The notes below the pieces were generated by a model. The model was given only the letters and a program-made list of their open reading frames with translations, did no database searches and was not told the DNA's origin. From an uncultured delta proteobacterium (GTDB lineage: Bacteria > Desulfobacterota > Desulfomonilia > Desulfomonilales > Desulfomonilaceae), in the NCBI GenBank assembly GCA_963789265.1, contig CAWBKB010000001.1, positions 2,176,001-2,240,000 of the forward strand: DNA of 64,000 nt. The letters run 5' to 3'. A program made the position numbers and the translations under genes. Shown piece after piece: positions 30,592 to 41,070 of the stretch. The first letter of the stretch is position 1. The number at the start of each line of letters is the position of its first letter.

Positions 30592-31716
30592 ATGGGCCGC
30601 AAAGTCCTGAAGCGGGGGACCCATGTTCTAGGGGAAGCCGCTATCCGTGCAGGCTGTCGAGCATACTTCGGTTATCCTATCACTCCTCAAAACGAGCTTC
30701 CGGAATATATGTCAGCGGCTTTCGCCAAGATGGATGACGCGGTGTTCGTCCAGGCCGAAAGCGAGTTGGCTTCCATCAATATGGTCATGGGTGCCAGCAT
30801 TGCCGGCGCACGAGTCATGACCTCCTCGTCCAGTCCCGGCATAAGCTTGAAGCAGGAGGGGATCTCATACATAGCCGCTATGGAGCTTCCCGCGGTGATA
30901 GTGAACATGATGCGGGGCGGCCCCGGTCTAGGCAACATCGCGCCGTCGCAGGGCGATTATTTCCAGGCTACCAAAGGGGGAGGACATGGTGACTACCGGA
31001 TAATAGTGCTCGCCCCCGCCTACGGTCAGGAAATTGCGGACATGACTCGGCAGGCCTTCGATCTGGCGGACCATTACCGTACACCTGTCATGATCCTGGG
31101 CGACGGCATGATGGGGCAAATGATGGAGCCGGTGGAATTTCCCGAACCGCTCGCCATCGATTCGCTACCCAGCAAAGATTGGATCCTTGATGGAGCCAAG
31201 GAACGGCCCAGTCGAATCATTCGTTCTTTGTGGTTGGACACCGCACTGGAAGAGGAGTTGAATTGGCGGCTTGTTAGAAAATATGAAATGATCACCAGGG
31301 ATCTTGCAGATCAGGAAATGTACCTGATCGACGATGCGGAGTTGATCGTCGTTGCCTACGGCACGGCTGCACGTATCGCCAAAGGAGGGGTCCAGAGAGT
31401 TCGTGAAAAAGGGCTCAAAGTGGGGCTCTATAGACCCAAGACTCTGTGGCCATTTCCTTCGGATCCTCTCGCCGAACTCAGCCGACAAGTCGGTCAGATG
31501 GTCGTGTTCGAGATGAGCACCGGCCAGATGGTGGAAGACGTACGGTTAGCTGTAGAAGGACGGTGTGAAGTGTCATTTTACGGCAGGCCTGGCGGGATTG
31601 TATCGACCCCGGAGGAAATAGCCAGAGTATTATCAGGTGCATATCGTGGAAGGGCGTCGAGCGAAGAGAGTGGCCTCCGGTCACGGCAAGGTCGCGGCTT
31701 CAGGATTCTGGGGTAG
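30592..31716 (+). CDS. vorB: 2-oxoacid:ferredoxin oxidoreductase alpha subunit (VorB type)
   Basis: GYPITPQ, QAESE, TSSSSPG, RGGPGLG and GGGHGD motifs. Confidence 0.9.
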   Translation: MGRKVLKRGTHVLGEAAIRAGCRAYFGYPITPQNELPEYMSAAFAKMDDAVFVQAESELASINMVMGASIAGARVMTSSSSPGISLKQEGISYIAAMELPAVIVNMMRGGPGLGNIAPSQGDYFQATKGGGHGDYRIIVLAPAYGQEIADMTRQAFDLADHYRTPVMILGDGMMGQMMEPVEFPEPLAIDSLPSKDWILDGAKERPSRIIRSLWLDTALEEELNWRLVRKYEMITRDLADQEMYLIDDAELIVVAYGTAARIAKGGVQRVREKGLKVGLYRPKTLWPFPSDPLAELSRQVGQMVVFEMSTGQMVEDVRLAVEGRCEVSFYGRPGGIVSTPEEIARVLSGAYRGRASSEESGLRSRQGRGFRILG

Positions 31717-31957
31717 GTTCGATATGAGAGCCGACCCGAGGCATTCATAACCAGTCGGCAGGGAGCGTTGCTCTTGGCTCATTGTCTTCCTGCTCGGCAA
31801 CACTTTCCAGCATACAACATTTTACGTCGGATAGGTATTAGGGACTCGCCCGGGCAGGGGTTGCCGGTGCAGATGAGCCCCGACTGTTGAAAGTTGGCAG
31901 AGCCGGGCACTGGGGTTTTTACCCTCGCAGGTCGTCCGGAGCGAAGTCGGAGAGGGA

Positions 31958-32704
31958 GTGATTCAAGTGAAAAAGGTGTTCTCCAGGCCGGTTTCTTTAA
32001 AGGAAACTCCGTTTCATTACTGTCCCGGATGCGGCCACAGCATCATACATCGTCTGGTGGCCGAGGTAATAGATGAAATGGGAATCAGGGAGCAAACAAT
32101 AGGCGTGCCCCCCGCAGGTTGTGCGGTTCTGGCTTACAACTACTTTGATGTGGACATGGCTGAAGCGCCTCACGGCAGGGCCGCAGCAGTGGCAACCGGA
32201 ATCAAGAGGGTTCTTCCGGATCGCATAGTGTTCACATATCAGGGCGATGGCGATATAGCCGCCATAGGGACGGCTGAGACGATTCATGCAGCGAACCGCG
32301 GTGAACGAGTCACCTCCATTTTCGTCAATAATGCTGTTTACGGGATGACCGGCGGCCAAATGGCACCCACCACCGTGCCGGGACAAGTGACAACTACCAC
32401 TCCTGGCGGGAGAATCCCTTTGAGGGACGGCAACCCTCTGGATCTCAGCGAGATGCTGGCGGTGGCTGTCGGAAGTGTCTATATCGAGAGAACTTCCGTT
32501 ACCAGCCCGAAAAACATCCTGAAAACCAGGAAAGCGATAAAGAAGGCTTTCACAGTTCAGATCGAAGACAAAGGTTTTTCCCTGGTGGAAATCCTTTCGC
32601 CGTGTCCTACAAACTGGAAGATGACGCCTGTGGAGGCGGCCCGCTGGGTGGATGAAACCATGACGAAAACATTCCCGCTGAAGGTGATAAAGGATGTTGC
32701 TTAA
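31958..32704 (+). CDS. 2-oxoacid:ferredoxin oxidoreductase beta subunit (ThDP-binding)
   Basis: YCPGCGH, QGDGD, NNAVYGMTGGQ and SPCPT motifs. Confidence 0.92.
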   Translation: MIQVKKVFSRPVSLKETPFHYCPGCGHSIIHRLVAEVIDEMGIREQTIGVPPAGCAVLAYNYFDVDMAEAPHGRAAAVATGIKRVLPDRIVFTYQGDGDIAAIGTAETIHAANRGERVTSIFVNNAVYGMTGGQMAPTTVPGQVTTTTPGGRIPLRDGNPLDLSEMLAVAVGSVYIERTSVTSPKNILKTRKAIKKAFTVQIEDKGFSLVEILSPCPTNWKMTPVEAARWVDETMTKTFPLKVIKDVA

Positions 32705-33239
32705 GATAATATTTTCAGGCTTCGGCGGCCAGGGCGTTCTCATGATGGGATACGTACTGGCTGTAGCGGGAATGAACGAGGACAAACACGTCACATTCCT
32801 GCCCGCTTATGGTGCGGAAGTGCGAGGTGGAACCGCCAACTGTACAGTGGTGGTCTCCGATGAGGAAATCGCTTCCCCCATTGCATCCTCGCCGGAGTTT
32901 GTCGTTGCCATGAATTATCCTTCCATGATCAAGTATCAGAACATGGTTAAGACCGGCGGGACACTGTTTCTTAACAGTGACTTGATAACGGACCCGTCAG
33001 CCAGGGAGGACATCAAAGTGGTACAAGTCCCGGCGAATACTCTGGCCCACGAAATGGGCAATGACCGCGTCCTGAATATGATCATGCTTGGGGTGGTTAC
33101 GTCGACGGTCGGGATTGTCTCCGAAGAATCCCTTGCTCAAGCTGTGGGGACAGTGCTGGAAGGTAAGAAGCAATCAATGGTGAAGATCAATCAGCAGGCA
33201 CTGGCAAGGGGCTCGCAATATATTTCGTCCTCACGCTGA
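32694..33239 (+). CDS. 2-oxoacid:ferredoxin oxidoreductase gamma subunit
   Basis: GFGGQG, YGAEVRGG and NMIMLG motifs. Confidence 0.92.
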   Translation: MLLKIIFSGFGGQGVLMMGYVLAVAGMNEDKHVTFLPAYGAEVRGGTANCTVVVSDEEIASPIASSPEFVVAMNYPSMIKYQNMVKTGGTLFLNSDLITDPSAREDIKVVQVPANTLAHEMGNDRVLNMIMLGVVTSTVGIVSEESLAQAVGTVLEGKKQSMVKINQQALARGSQYISSSR

Positions 33240-33307
33240 ATGCCGCACAGTTAATTCAGCGGAGGCGTCGGAGCGGCTTTGTTTTTAGTAGAATCCGGAG
33301 GTTCTTT

Positions 33308-33745
33308 ATGAAGACTGTGAAGGAAATCGAAATTAGACTTCAAAATAGATCTGGCGTGCTATCGGATATTAGTGAACTGCTCGGAGCGAACGGCATCAAT
33401 ATCTTGGCCTTGACCTTGAGGGCCGAAGGAGAAATGGGCAAGCTCAATTTCGTGGCCACGGATCCCGCTCGAGTGATGAACATACTGGCGAGCGCGGGCT
33501 ACGATCCGAAACTCAAGGAGATTATAGCGGCCGAGGCTCCTCACCATCCGGGAGGTCTCAATGCCGTGTTGAAGCCTCTCAAGCTTGCAGGCGTCAATAT
33601 TGAATATCTCTATTCCTGCATTGGCTGTCAGAGACCGGGGGACAGGACGATAATCCTGCTTGGTGTTGATAATCTCGAAGCCGCGCATGAGGCCCTGACC
33701 CGAGATTGGATTCAACTCTACGGGGAGGAGTTGCACAATTTTTAA
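33308..33745 (+). CDS. Tandem ACT-domain protein
   Basis: NRSGVL..GINI and PGGL..VNIEYLY repeats. Confidence 0.85.
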   Translation: MKTVKEIEIRLQNRSGVLSDISELLGANGINILALTLRAEGEMGKLNFVATDPARVMNILASAGYDPKLKEIIAAEAPHHPGGLNAVLKPLKLAGVNIEYLYSCIGCQRPGDRTIILLGVDNLEAAHEALTRDWIQLYGEELHNF

Positions 33746-33910
33746 AACCTGTTGGCAACCCGATCTGCGGATCGAGAAATACAGCGCTTCTCTGCAAAGA
33801 GCAGCACAGTGAGATAAGATTCTGACCCTACCAAGCCGAGTCCCTTCCGCATAAATGCCTTGAGCTCAATCCCGGGCCGTGAACGGTTGCCGAAGCTGCC
33901 ATCGGCATCA

Positions 33911-34100
33911 TACCGATTTGCTTTCAAACAAGTGAGAATGGGGCGATAACAAAGGGCACTGACCTGGCGCCATGATGGGGCTCAGGTCAGTGGCACCCAA
34001 CATCCAGTCAAGAGATCGGGTCCTGGGTGCCACGGATCTGGGCTTTGTCAGATCCGTGCCGTATTTCCTTGATTGTTCACCGTTTGATCGCGCACTGGCA
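33911..34100 (+). mobile_element. MITE family C
   Basis: taccgatttgctttcaaacaagtg...ccgtttgatcgcgcactggca flanked by TCA/TCA. Internal ggcactgacctg..caggtcagtg and cacggatctg..cagatccgtg hairpins. Confidence 0.8.
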
Positions 34101-34144
34101 TCAGATCATGATCTTTGTGGGAAAAACCCCTTGGTTAATAGTGT

Positions 34145-34259
34145 GTGGGCATTCGCTTACGCGCGCGAAAAGATCGTGATTGCGAGCCCCGCGGCACGCG
34201 GGATTTCACTCCTCGCAATTGTAGAGGGCAGAAGATTCCCCGCGTAAGCGAACGGGCAC
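34145..34259. mobile_element. Degenerate MITE family A copy
   Basis: Homologous to 7019-7165 (cattcgcttacg, ttgcgag, ctcctcgcaat, cgcgtaagcgaa). TSD is decayed. Confidence 0.6.
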
Positions 34260-34278
34260 AATCGCATGATTATAAAAC

Positions 34279-34326
34279 TTGACAACGGTTCGGGTAAAGT
34301 GGTAGTGACTGAATGAATCATTCATT
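34279..34326 (+). promoter_or_regulatory. Putative sigma70 promoter with TetR-type operator
   Basis: TTGACA at 34279, TAGTGA at 34303, palindrome TGAATGAATCATTCATT at 34310-34326; second copy at 36754. Confidence 0.65.
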
Positions 34327-34953
34327 ACAAACCCAGGTTTTCTTACAACCGCCGAATCCTCGGAGGGTCATAAGCGAGAGGAATTAGGAATTACGGGAAT
34401 GTCAAACCAGAAGCTCTGTACGAGACGGTGAACTTGAAATTCACCAGAGTAGAAGCCGTAATTGGCACTTTTCCGATCCCCCGGCGCCGAGAGGGTCGAG
34501 CATGGTTGAGGCTGCCAAAAGGCAGTACAGCGCTTACCTGCCTTAGGGCATCTTTTTCGATTCTTTTTGGATCGGGCGGAAGAGATGAAGAGATTTCCTT
34601 CTCTCCTGTTGGGTGTGCTGGTCATCGCAGTATCACCGCGCCCGCGTTTGCATGGGAATTCGCCATGACGGGCGAGACCGTATTCCCGTATCGCTACTTT
34701 GCACGGCCGATGAGTTTTGGCGGGTCGCTCGGTGGAGTCCACGCGCATGGCTCTTCCGCCGAAGGCGCGGATGCTTCAATTCAAGACGAACACGTCCGGC
34801 TCCATCCTGAAAAGCGAAAACTGTGGTGTCGTGGTCGAAGGAGCAGATCTCGGCGTACAATTACCTCGGGCTAATCGAGTTCGTTGAGTGGCGCCTATTG
34901 CCGGAACAGGAACCGGCAAAGTATGAGAAACTTTGAGTAAAGGAGGAAGATCG

Positions 34954-35940
34954 ATGAGTGCAGCCAAAATCAATACCGTGCTGGGGCAGATCTCTCCTGC
35001 GGAGTTGGGTGTGACCTTAGTTCACGAACATATGATGACGGGGTTCCCAGGCTGGGAGGGTGACCGAACCATAGCTCCCTTTAATCATCAGGCAGCGGTT
35101 GAGAACGGTGTGACGCTTCTCCAACATCTCAAGGGCCTTGGCCTGAGGACTTACGTTGATGCGACCCCCGTCGACTGCGGCAGGAACGTTGAAGTACTGA
35201 AAGAAATCTCGGAAAAATCCGAAATGAACATCATTTGTTCCACTGGGTATCACTTCGAAGGACTTGGATCTCCGACTTATTGGAAATTCCGCGCCAGCAT
35301 GGGAGACGTAAGAGAGGAGCTTTACGAACTCTTTGTGACGGAGGTGACGGTAGGCATACGGCGCTCGGGGATCAGGGCCGGCGTTATCAAGGTGGGGACA
35401 AGCAAGAGCTACATCACTGACTACGAGAAGCTAATGCTGGGCACGGCGGCTCGGGTCCAGAAAGAAACAAACGTACCCATCATCACTCATACAGAAGAAG
35501 GCAGCCTGGGGCCCGAGCAGGCAGAGTTTCTCATCGCGGCCGGCGCGAATCCCAAAGGTATTCAAATTGGTCACATGAGCGACAACCTTGATATCGCATA
35601 TCAAGTCAGGACGCTTAATCACGGAGTATACGTCGCATGGGACCGCATGGGTCTTGAGGTACTAGCGAGCTGCCCCAGAGATGCCGATCGGTATGCCGCA
35701 ATGCTCGACCTGATTGCCAAGGGTTATCACGATCGACTCCTGATTTCTCATGACTCGACATGTACGTGGTTGGGCCGGCCGCCTAATGTGCCGGCGCGGG
35801 TGTTGGAATTTGTCGCCAACTGGCACCCCACCCATTTGTTCAATAACATCATCCCTGCCCTGAAAAAAGGAGGGGCAAGCGATGATCACATTAAGACCAT
35901 CATTGAAGACAACCCCCGTCGTCTCTTTGAAGGCAAATAA
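34954..35940 (+). CDS. Phosphotriesterase-related protein (amidohydrolase, probable lactonase)
   Basis: TLVHEH, carboxylatable K in GVIKVG, THT, GH, SHD and NPRR motifs. Confidence 0.9.
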   Translation: MSAAKINTVLGQISPAELGVTLVHEHMMTGFPGWEGDRTIAPFNHQAAVENGVTLLQHLKGLGLRTYVDATPVDCGRNVEVLKEISEKSEMNIICSTGYHFEGLGSPTYWKFRASMGDVREELYELFVTEVTVGIRRSGIRAGVIKVGTSKSYITDYEKLMLGTAARVQKETNVPIITHTEEGSLGPEQAEFLIAAGANPKGIQIGHMSDNLDIAYQVRTLNHGVYVAWDRMGLEVLASCPRDADRYAAMLDLIAKGYHDRLLISHDSTCTWLGRPPNVPARVLEFVANWHPTHLFNNIIPALKKGGASDDHIKTIIEDNPRRLFEGK

Positions 35941-35956
35941 GTGAGAGGATTAAGAT

Positions 35957-36712
35957 TTGTCGCCTGTTGCTCAATATGAAGCGCCGCATAATCTCGCGGA
36001 AGACACCAGGAAAAGGAAGCAGCTTGAAAAAATTATTGAAAGCGGCATTAGGGTGTTTTCCGCCCGAGGGTACAAAGAGGCACAGATGTCCCATATCGCG
36101 CTGGAAGCCGGCATAGCGCCCGGCACCTTGTACCTTTATTTTGCAAGTAAAGAGTCGTTATTTAATTTTCTGCTAAAACATATTTTTTCCGGCAGACAAG
36201 ACTTTGATGCGGTTTCATTTCCCATAAAGTCCTATTCATGGGATGCGGAGATCGCCTCTGAGAAAAATGCCTTTGTGTCGTCGAAATTGTCCGCTCTTCT
36301 TCACGAGGCTGTCCATAGAGAAAATATTGAGGATGTGAGCAAGGAGTTCGAAAACATTGTTCGCAATCTCTTTTCGACCATGGCCACATATCGGGATGGA
36401 ATAACAATTCTTTTGCAGTCGTCACTCAATTGGCCACAGCTTGCGGATTTTTATGTCAGTATAGTCAAGGATCTTCTCGAACTGCTGGCCGCTTATCTCG
36501 ACAAGAGGATAGGTCAGGGGCTTATAAGGGAAGTTCCGAGTGTAACCTTGTCAGCCAGACTTATTCTGGAAAGTATTGGCTGGTTTGCCGTGCACAGACA
36601 CCGGGCGATGCATCAGGTCGCATTCAGTGAAAAAATGGCGGAAGAAACAGTCGTGGATGCGTTGATGCACGCGTTCCTTCCGGAGCATTTGTATGAACAA
36701 CGCGGGGCCTGA
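35957..36712 (+). CDS. TetR/AcrR family transcriptional regulator
   Basis: IALEAGIAPGTLYLYFASKESL HTH. Confidence 0.9.
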   Translation: MSPVAQYEAPHNLAEDTRKRKQLEKIIESGIRVFSARGYKEAQMSHIALEAGIAPGTLYLYFASKESLFNFLLKHIFSGRQDFDAVSFPIKSYSWDAEIASEKNAFVSSKLSALLHEAVHRENIEDVSKEFENIVRNLFSTMATYRDGITILLQSSLNWPQLADFYVSIVKDLLELLAAYLDKRIGQGLIREVPSVTLSARLILESIGWFAVHRHRAMHQVAFSEKMAEETVVDALMHAFLPEHLYEQRGA

Positions 36713-36753
36713 AGATGAACTTTGAAAAGCCGATTTTTTTTTGCACCGGTTAT

Positions 36754-36770
36754 TGAATGAACCGTTCATT
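36754..36770. promoter_or_regulatory. Second copy of TetR-type operator
   Basis: TGAATGAACCGTTCATT directly upstream of the dehydratase RBS. Confidence 0.65.
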
Positions 36771-36786
36771 TATAAAAGAGGACGAG

Positions 36787-38463
36787 ATGAAAATGAAAAG
36801 ACAGAGCAGCGTGTTTTCCGACGACGACCCTTTCTCCATGATACGGCGTTCCATTCTTTATGCGTGCGGGTGGACATACCAAGAAATCAAGCGACCGTTT
36901 GTGGCCGTAGTGAACACCTATAACGAGATGCATCCCGGACATGCTCATCTCAAGACGTTGGCTGAGCGGGTTAAGGCGGGTGTGCGTCTAGCTGGAGGTT
37001 TTCCTTCAGAATTTTACACCCTCTCCCTCTGCGACGGGTTAGCTAATGGCCACGAAGGAATGAAATACGTCCTTCCCAGCCGGGAGATTATTGCCGATTC
37101 CATTGAGTTGGGCCTACGGGCGCATCGTTACGATGCTGCGGTGCTCATAGGCTCATGTGACAAGATTATTCCTGCCTTGTTGATTGCATCTGCACACGTC
37201 AACATTCCGGCCATCATTGTAACCGGAGGGCCGATGCCTGCTGGTTGTTGGCCTCGAGAAGGGGTCAAAGCGTCCGTTTCCAATATGGACCTGATGGCCG
37301 GAAAGCTGTTCATGGGTGAGCTAAGCCCGGAACTGCGAGAAGAAGCCCTGTCTTCGTTTTATCCTTGTGCCGGCGCCTGCTGGGGCATGGGTACCGCCAA
37401 TACTATGGCCTGCCTGTGCGAGGCTCTGGGGATGAGCCTTCCAGGGGATGGGACAGCTCCCGGCGTAATGGCCAAAAAATCCCGGTTTGCCGAGGAGGCC
37501 GGGGAAAAAATCGTGCAACTTCTGGCAGAAGGGATCACCCCTGACAAAATCCTCACAAGAAACAGCCTGGAAAACGCCTTGAAGGTGAACGCAGCAATCG
37601 GGGGGTCCCTGAATACTGTTTTGCATTTGCCGGCATTGGCTATGGAACTGGGGATTGATCTCGGTTATTCGGATTTTGACCGGCTTTCACGCCTGATTCC
37701 TCATTTGACAAACGTAGAACCAGCAGGCCCCTATTCAGTCATCGACCTGGATGAGGCAGGAGGCATTCCCGGGGTGATGAAGGTCCTGGGGAATCATCTC
37801 GCTGGAAACGCTCTAACCGTGACCGGCAAAACTCTCGGCGAAAATTTAGAGAAGGCAAACATTTTTTCTGATGACGTCATCAGACCTCTTACGAATCCGG
37901 TCCATCCGTATGGTGGAATAGCCGTGCTCAAGGGAAACCTTGCCGAACGTGGTGCAGTTATCAAACAGGTGGCGGTGAAGAGGAACCTTTGGCAATTCAC
38001 CGGGGAGGCCAGGGTCTTTGACTCTGAGGAAGAAGCTGTGACCGGCCTGAGCAACGGGCAGATAAAAAGGGGAGACATCATTGTGGTCCGGTATGAAGGT
38101 CCAAAAGGCGGCCCGGGAATGCGAGAGATGTCTTATTTGCGCGTCGTTGTAAAACTGTTCGGCATGGGCGAGACCAACTATATTGTGACCGATGGCCGTT
38201 TCTCCGGTTACAGTGATGGCCCTTGCGTTGGTTATCTCTCTCCGGAAGCGGCCGATGGGGGAACCATCGCCCTGGTTCAAGATGGAGACATGATTAAAAT
38301 TGATATAGAAAATCGAAGGATTGACCTGATAGTGCCCGATGAAGAGTTGGAGCGAAGGAGGAAGGACTTGGTCCATCTTCGCAAGGAATATCCCCGAGGT
38401 TACTTGGATATTTATGCCAGGTCAGTATCTCCGGCGGATAAAGGAGCAGTTATAAAGGCTTGA
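36787..38463 (+). CDS. IlvD/Edd family Fe-S dehydratase
   Basis: CDG, SCDK, GACWGMGTANTM, EGPKGGPGM and TDGRFSG motifs. Context suggests a sugar-acid rather than a BCAA role. Confidence 0.9.
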   Translation: MKMKRQSSVFSDDDPFSMIRRSILYACGWTYQEIKRPFVAVVNTYNEMHPGHAHLKTLAERVKAGVRLAGGFPSEFYTLSLCDGLANGHEGMKYVLPSREIIADSIELGLRAHRYDAAVLIGSCDKIIPALLIASAHVNIPAIIVTGGPMPAGCWPREGVKASVSNMDLMAGKLFMGELSPELREEALSSFYPCAGACWGMGTANTMACLCEALGMSLPGDGTAPGVMAKKSRFAEEAGEKIVQLLAEGITPDKILTRNSLENALKVNAAIGGSLNTVLHLPALAMELGIDLGYSDFDRLSRLIPHLTNVEPAGPYSVIDLDEAGGIPGVMKVLGNHLAGNALTVTGKTLGENLEKANIFSDDVIRPLTNPVHPYGGIAVLKGNLAERGAVIKQVAVKRNLWQFTGEARVFDSEEEAVTGLSNGQIKRGDIIVVRYEGPKGGPGMREMSYLRVVVKLFGMGETNYIVTDGRFSGYSDGPCVGYLSPEAADGGTIALVQDGDMIKIDIENRRIDLIVPDEELERRRKDLVHLRKEYPRGYLDIYARSVSPADKGAVIKA

Positions 38464-38563
38464 CTTAAGATTGCCCCATGCTGTTGATCTCGCAAAACTC
38501 CATCGCGAGCGCAGGTTGAAAGCATGAAAATCGAATCAACTCAAATCTCAGCAAGGAGGCACT

Positions 38564-38836
38564 GTGATAGACAATATCATCGTGATTCATTCCAGCGATA
38601 ACGTTGGTGTCGCCTTGACCTCGTTGTCCGAAGGTCAAAGAGCCGCGGCGAAAGGACTGGAACCATTTGTTGTTCTTGAGAAAATTCCCGCGAGCCACAA
38701 GGTCGCTTTAAGAGACATCGCAGCGGGAGAAGAGATCGTAAAGTATGGCGAAATCATAGCAGTCAGTAGCAAGGTAATCAAAAAGGGGCAGTGGGTACAC
38801 ACACATAACCTGGAAAGCGAGCGGTGCAAGAAATGA
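38564..38836 (+). CDS. UxaA family dehydratase small subunit (SAF domain; SuyA-like)
   Basis: DNVGVA, HKVAL, KYG and VHTHNL motifs. Confidence 0.88.
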   Translation: MIDNIIVIHSSDNVGVALTSLSEGQRAAAKGLEPFVVLEKIPASHKVALRDIAAGEEIVKYGEIIAVSSKVIKKGQWVHTHNLESERCKK

Positions 38837-39993
38837 GCGAACTAAAAGGATATCTCAGAAAAAACGGAGAATTCGGTCTCCGCAATCATGTTCTGATTCT
38901 ACCGACTGTCTCCTGTGTCAACGGAGTGGTTCAGCGCATTGTCCGCGATGTGCCCGATGCGGTTGGGATCACCCATGCTCATGGCTGCGGCCGGGGAGGT
39001 CCAAAAGACGTGCAAATTCTTTTTCAGGTCCTCTCCAGAATGGTGCTCCATCCCAATGTCGGGGGCATAGTTCTCATCGGTTTGGGCTGTGAGGTCTCCA
39101 ACACAAAGAATCTTGCTCCATTTATCAAGGATGCGGGTAAGCCCATTGAGATTTTTAATGTCCAGGAAGACGGCGGCTCTTTGAAAACCGCGCAAAAAGC
39201 GGCCGACGCGGCCCGACAAATCCTGGAGGAAATCGGGAATCAGCAGCGTGTTCCGATGCCCTGGGAGAAACTCCTGGTTGCCATGGAATGCGGCGGTTCC
39301 GATGCCATGTCGGGAGTTACTGCCAACGCGGCCTTGGGAGCTGTTTCGGATCTGTTGGTGGAAAACGACGCCTCAGTCATTTTCGGTGAGAACACTGAGA
39401 TGATTGGTACAGCCCACGTGCTGAAAAGGCGAGCAAAGAATGAGCAAATTGCCGGACAAATCCAGCAGATGGTCGCTCGAGCCGAAGGCTTGGCGCATGA
39501 AATAATGGGACCCATGGCCGGTTTGGTGATCTCTCCGGGAAATATGGACGGGGGTATGAGCACGATCGCCGAGAAATCTATGGGTTGTATTTTCAAGGGC
39601 GGTTCCACCACAATCAATCAAGTCGTGGATTATGGTGAGGTCCCCACGGAAAGGGGTCTTATTTTGCAGGATGGACCCGGGTACGATGGAGACTCTATGG
39701 CTGGATTGGCTGCCAGCGGTTCCCAGATTATGTTCTTTTCCACGGGGCGAGGCACGCCGGCCGGATTTCCCATCATGCCGGTTATCAAGGTGTCCAGCAA
39801 TTCCCGCACTTATGAGGCCATGCCGGATGATATGGACGTTAACGCCGGCCGGTTGCTGGAAGGTGAGTCACTCAACGTTTTGAGCACAGAGATGATTGAT
39901 CTAATGATTCGCGTGATCAACGGCGAAATGACCAAAGCGGAATCAAATGGCATGGATGTTTTTACCTTCATGACCGTCCATCCACCGTTTTGA
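38833..39993 (+). CDS. UxaA family dehydratase large subunit (SuyB/GarD-like)
   Basis: GLRNH, HGCG, LGCE, ECGGSD, GNMDGG..EKSMG and FSTGRG motifs. Confidence 0.9.
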   Translation: MSELKGYLRKNGEFGLRNHVLILPTVSCVNGVVQRIVRDVPDAVGITHAHGCGRGGPKDVQILFQVLSRMVLHPNVGGIVLIGLGCEVSNTKNLAPFIKDAGKPIEIFNVQEDGGSLKTAQKAADAARQILEEIGNQQRVPMPWEKLLVAMECGGSDAMSGVTANAALGAVSDLLVENDASVIFGENTEMIGTAHVLKRRAKNEQIAGQIQQMVARAEGLAHEIMGPMAGLVISPGNMDGGMSTIAEKSMGCIFKGGSTTINQVVDYGEVPTERGLILQDGPGYDGDSMAGLAASGSQIMFFSTGRGTPAGFPIMPVIKVSSNSRTYEAMPDDMDVNAGRLLEGESLNVLSTEMIDLMIRVINGEMTKAESNGMDVFTFMTVHPPF

Positions 39994-40043
39994 TCCCAAT
40001 GACACAGCATCTCCTGGAACCAACAACGCTGAGGAGGCGAGGA

Positions 40044-41018
40044 ATGATCTACAGGCAATATTTTGGAGGAGTGTATGCAGTGGTTCCTACCCCTCTACGA
40101 GAGGATGAAAACATCGATTACAGGGGACTTGAGCATCTCGTCAGTTTTTACGTTGAATCCGGGTGTCACGGAGCGGTAATTCTGGGCAGCGGAGGAGAGT
40201 TGCCCTATTTCTCTTTCGACGAGCGAATTCAGATCATAAAGGCCGCGGTTGAGGCCGCGCAGGGCAAAATTCGTATTCTTGCAGGCACCGGGTTTTTCAG
40301 TTTGGGTGAAACCGAGCGTTTTCTTAAAGAGGCAGGCATCCTGGATATTGATGGACTTCTAGTAATTTTACCCACGTACTATCCTATACCCTTCACTGAC
40401 GTTCAGGCATTCTATAAACACATAAGTGCAATTTCAGAGAAACCAATCTTCTATTATCATTATCCTCAAATGACGGAGCTCTTTCATTCTCCCGGGCAGA
40501 TGGCACCCATACTCGACGTCGATGGATTGGTTGGGATCAAAGAGAGTTCGCTGAGTCTTCCTGAGGTCCGAAGACATTTGGCCGCTATTACAAAAGAAGA
40601 TTTTGTAATATTCTCCGGAAATAGTTTTTCACTTTTGAGAGTGCTCGATATGGGCGGAGCCGGCACCATCTGCCAGATACCAGCGTTCGCGCCTCGTTTG
40701 GTCGTGGATTGCTACGAAGCATGGAAGACCGGGGATAGGCAAAAAGCGAAGGTGTTACAGGCCGGCATACTGGATCTGTTGCCGTTTCTAAATAGTTTCA
40801 CTATTCCAGCCGGAATCCAGAAACTAGGTTTCAAGATCTTGAGCCGCTTGCCCATCTCGTTTAAGAATAAGACCCGTTCGCGTCACGCGGTTATTAAGGA
40901 AACACTGCGCCAGCTAGGTCACCCTATAACCGCGAAGGTGCGGAGTCCTTTACCGCAGATAACGGAGTACGATCAAAATACCATTAGGCGTTTATTGCCT
41001 CAACTGAAACTATCTTAG
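40044..41018 (+). CDS. DHDPS/NAL family class I aldolase (KDG-aldolase-like)
   Basis: GSGGE, YHYP and Schiff-base GIKES motifs. Confidence 0.85.
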   Translation: MIYRQYFGGVYAVVPTPLREDENIDYRGLEHLVSFYVESGCHGAVILGSGGELPYFSFDERIQIIKAAVEAAQGKIRILAGTGFFSLGETERFLKEAGILDIDGLLVILPTYYPIPFTDVQAFYKHISAISEKPIFYYHYPQMTELFHSPGQMAPILDVDGLVGIKESSLSLPEVRRHLAAITKEDFVIFSGNSFSLLRVLDMGGAGTICQIPAFAPRLVVDCYEAWKTGDRQKAKVLQAGILDLLPFLNSFTIPAGIQKLGFKILSRLPISFKNKTRSRHAVIKETLRQLGHPITAKVRSPLPQITEYDQNTIRRLLPQLKLS

Positions 41019-41070
41019 GGGCGGGTGGTTGGAACGCGGACGGAAGTCCGAGAGGAGGAGTGAAAGACAC

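Noticed and set aside
31717..31957. Riboswitch in the gap between OFOR alpha and beta genes
   Set aside because: Some pairing potential but no recognizable aptamer consensus.
34428..34874. 148-aa ORF
   Set aside because: No RBS or recognizable domain and atypical composition; left as an unexplained region.
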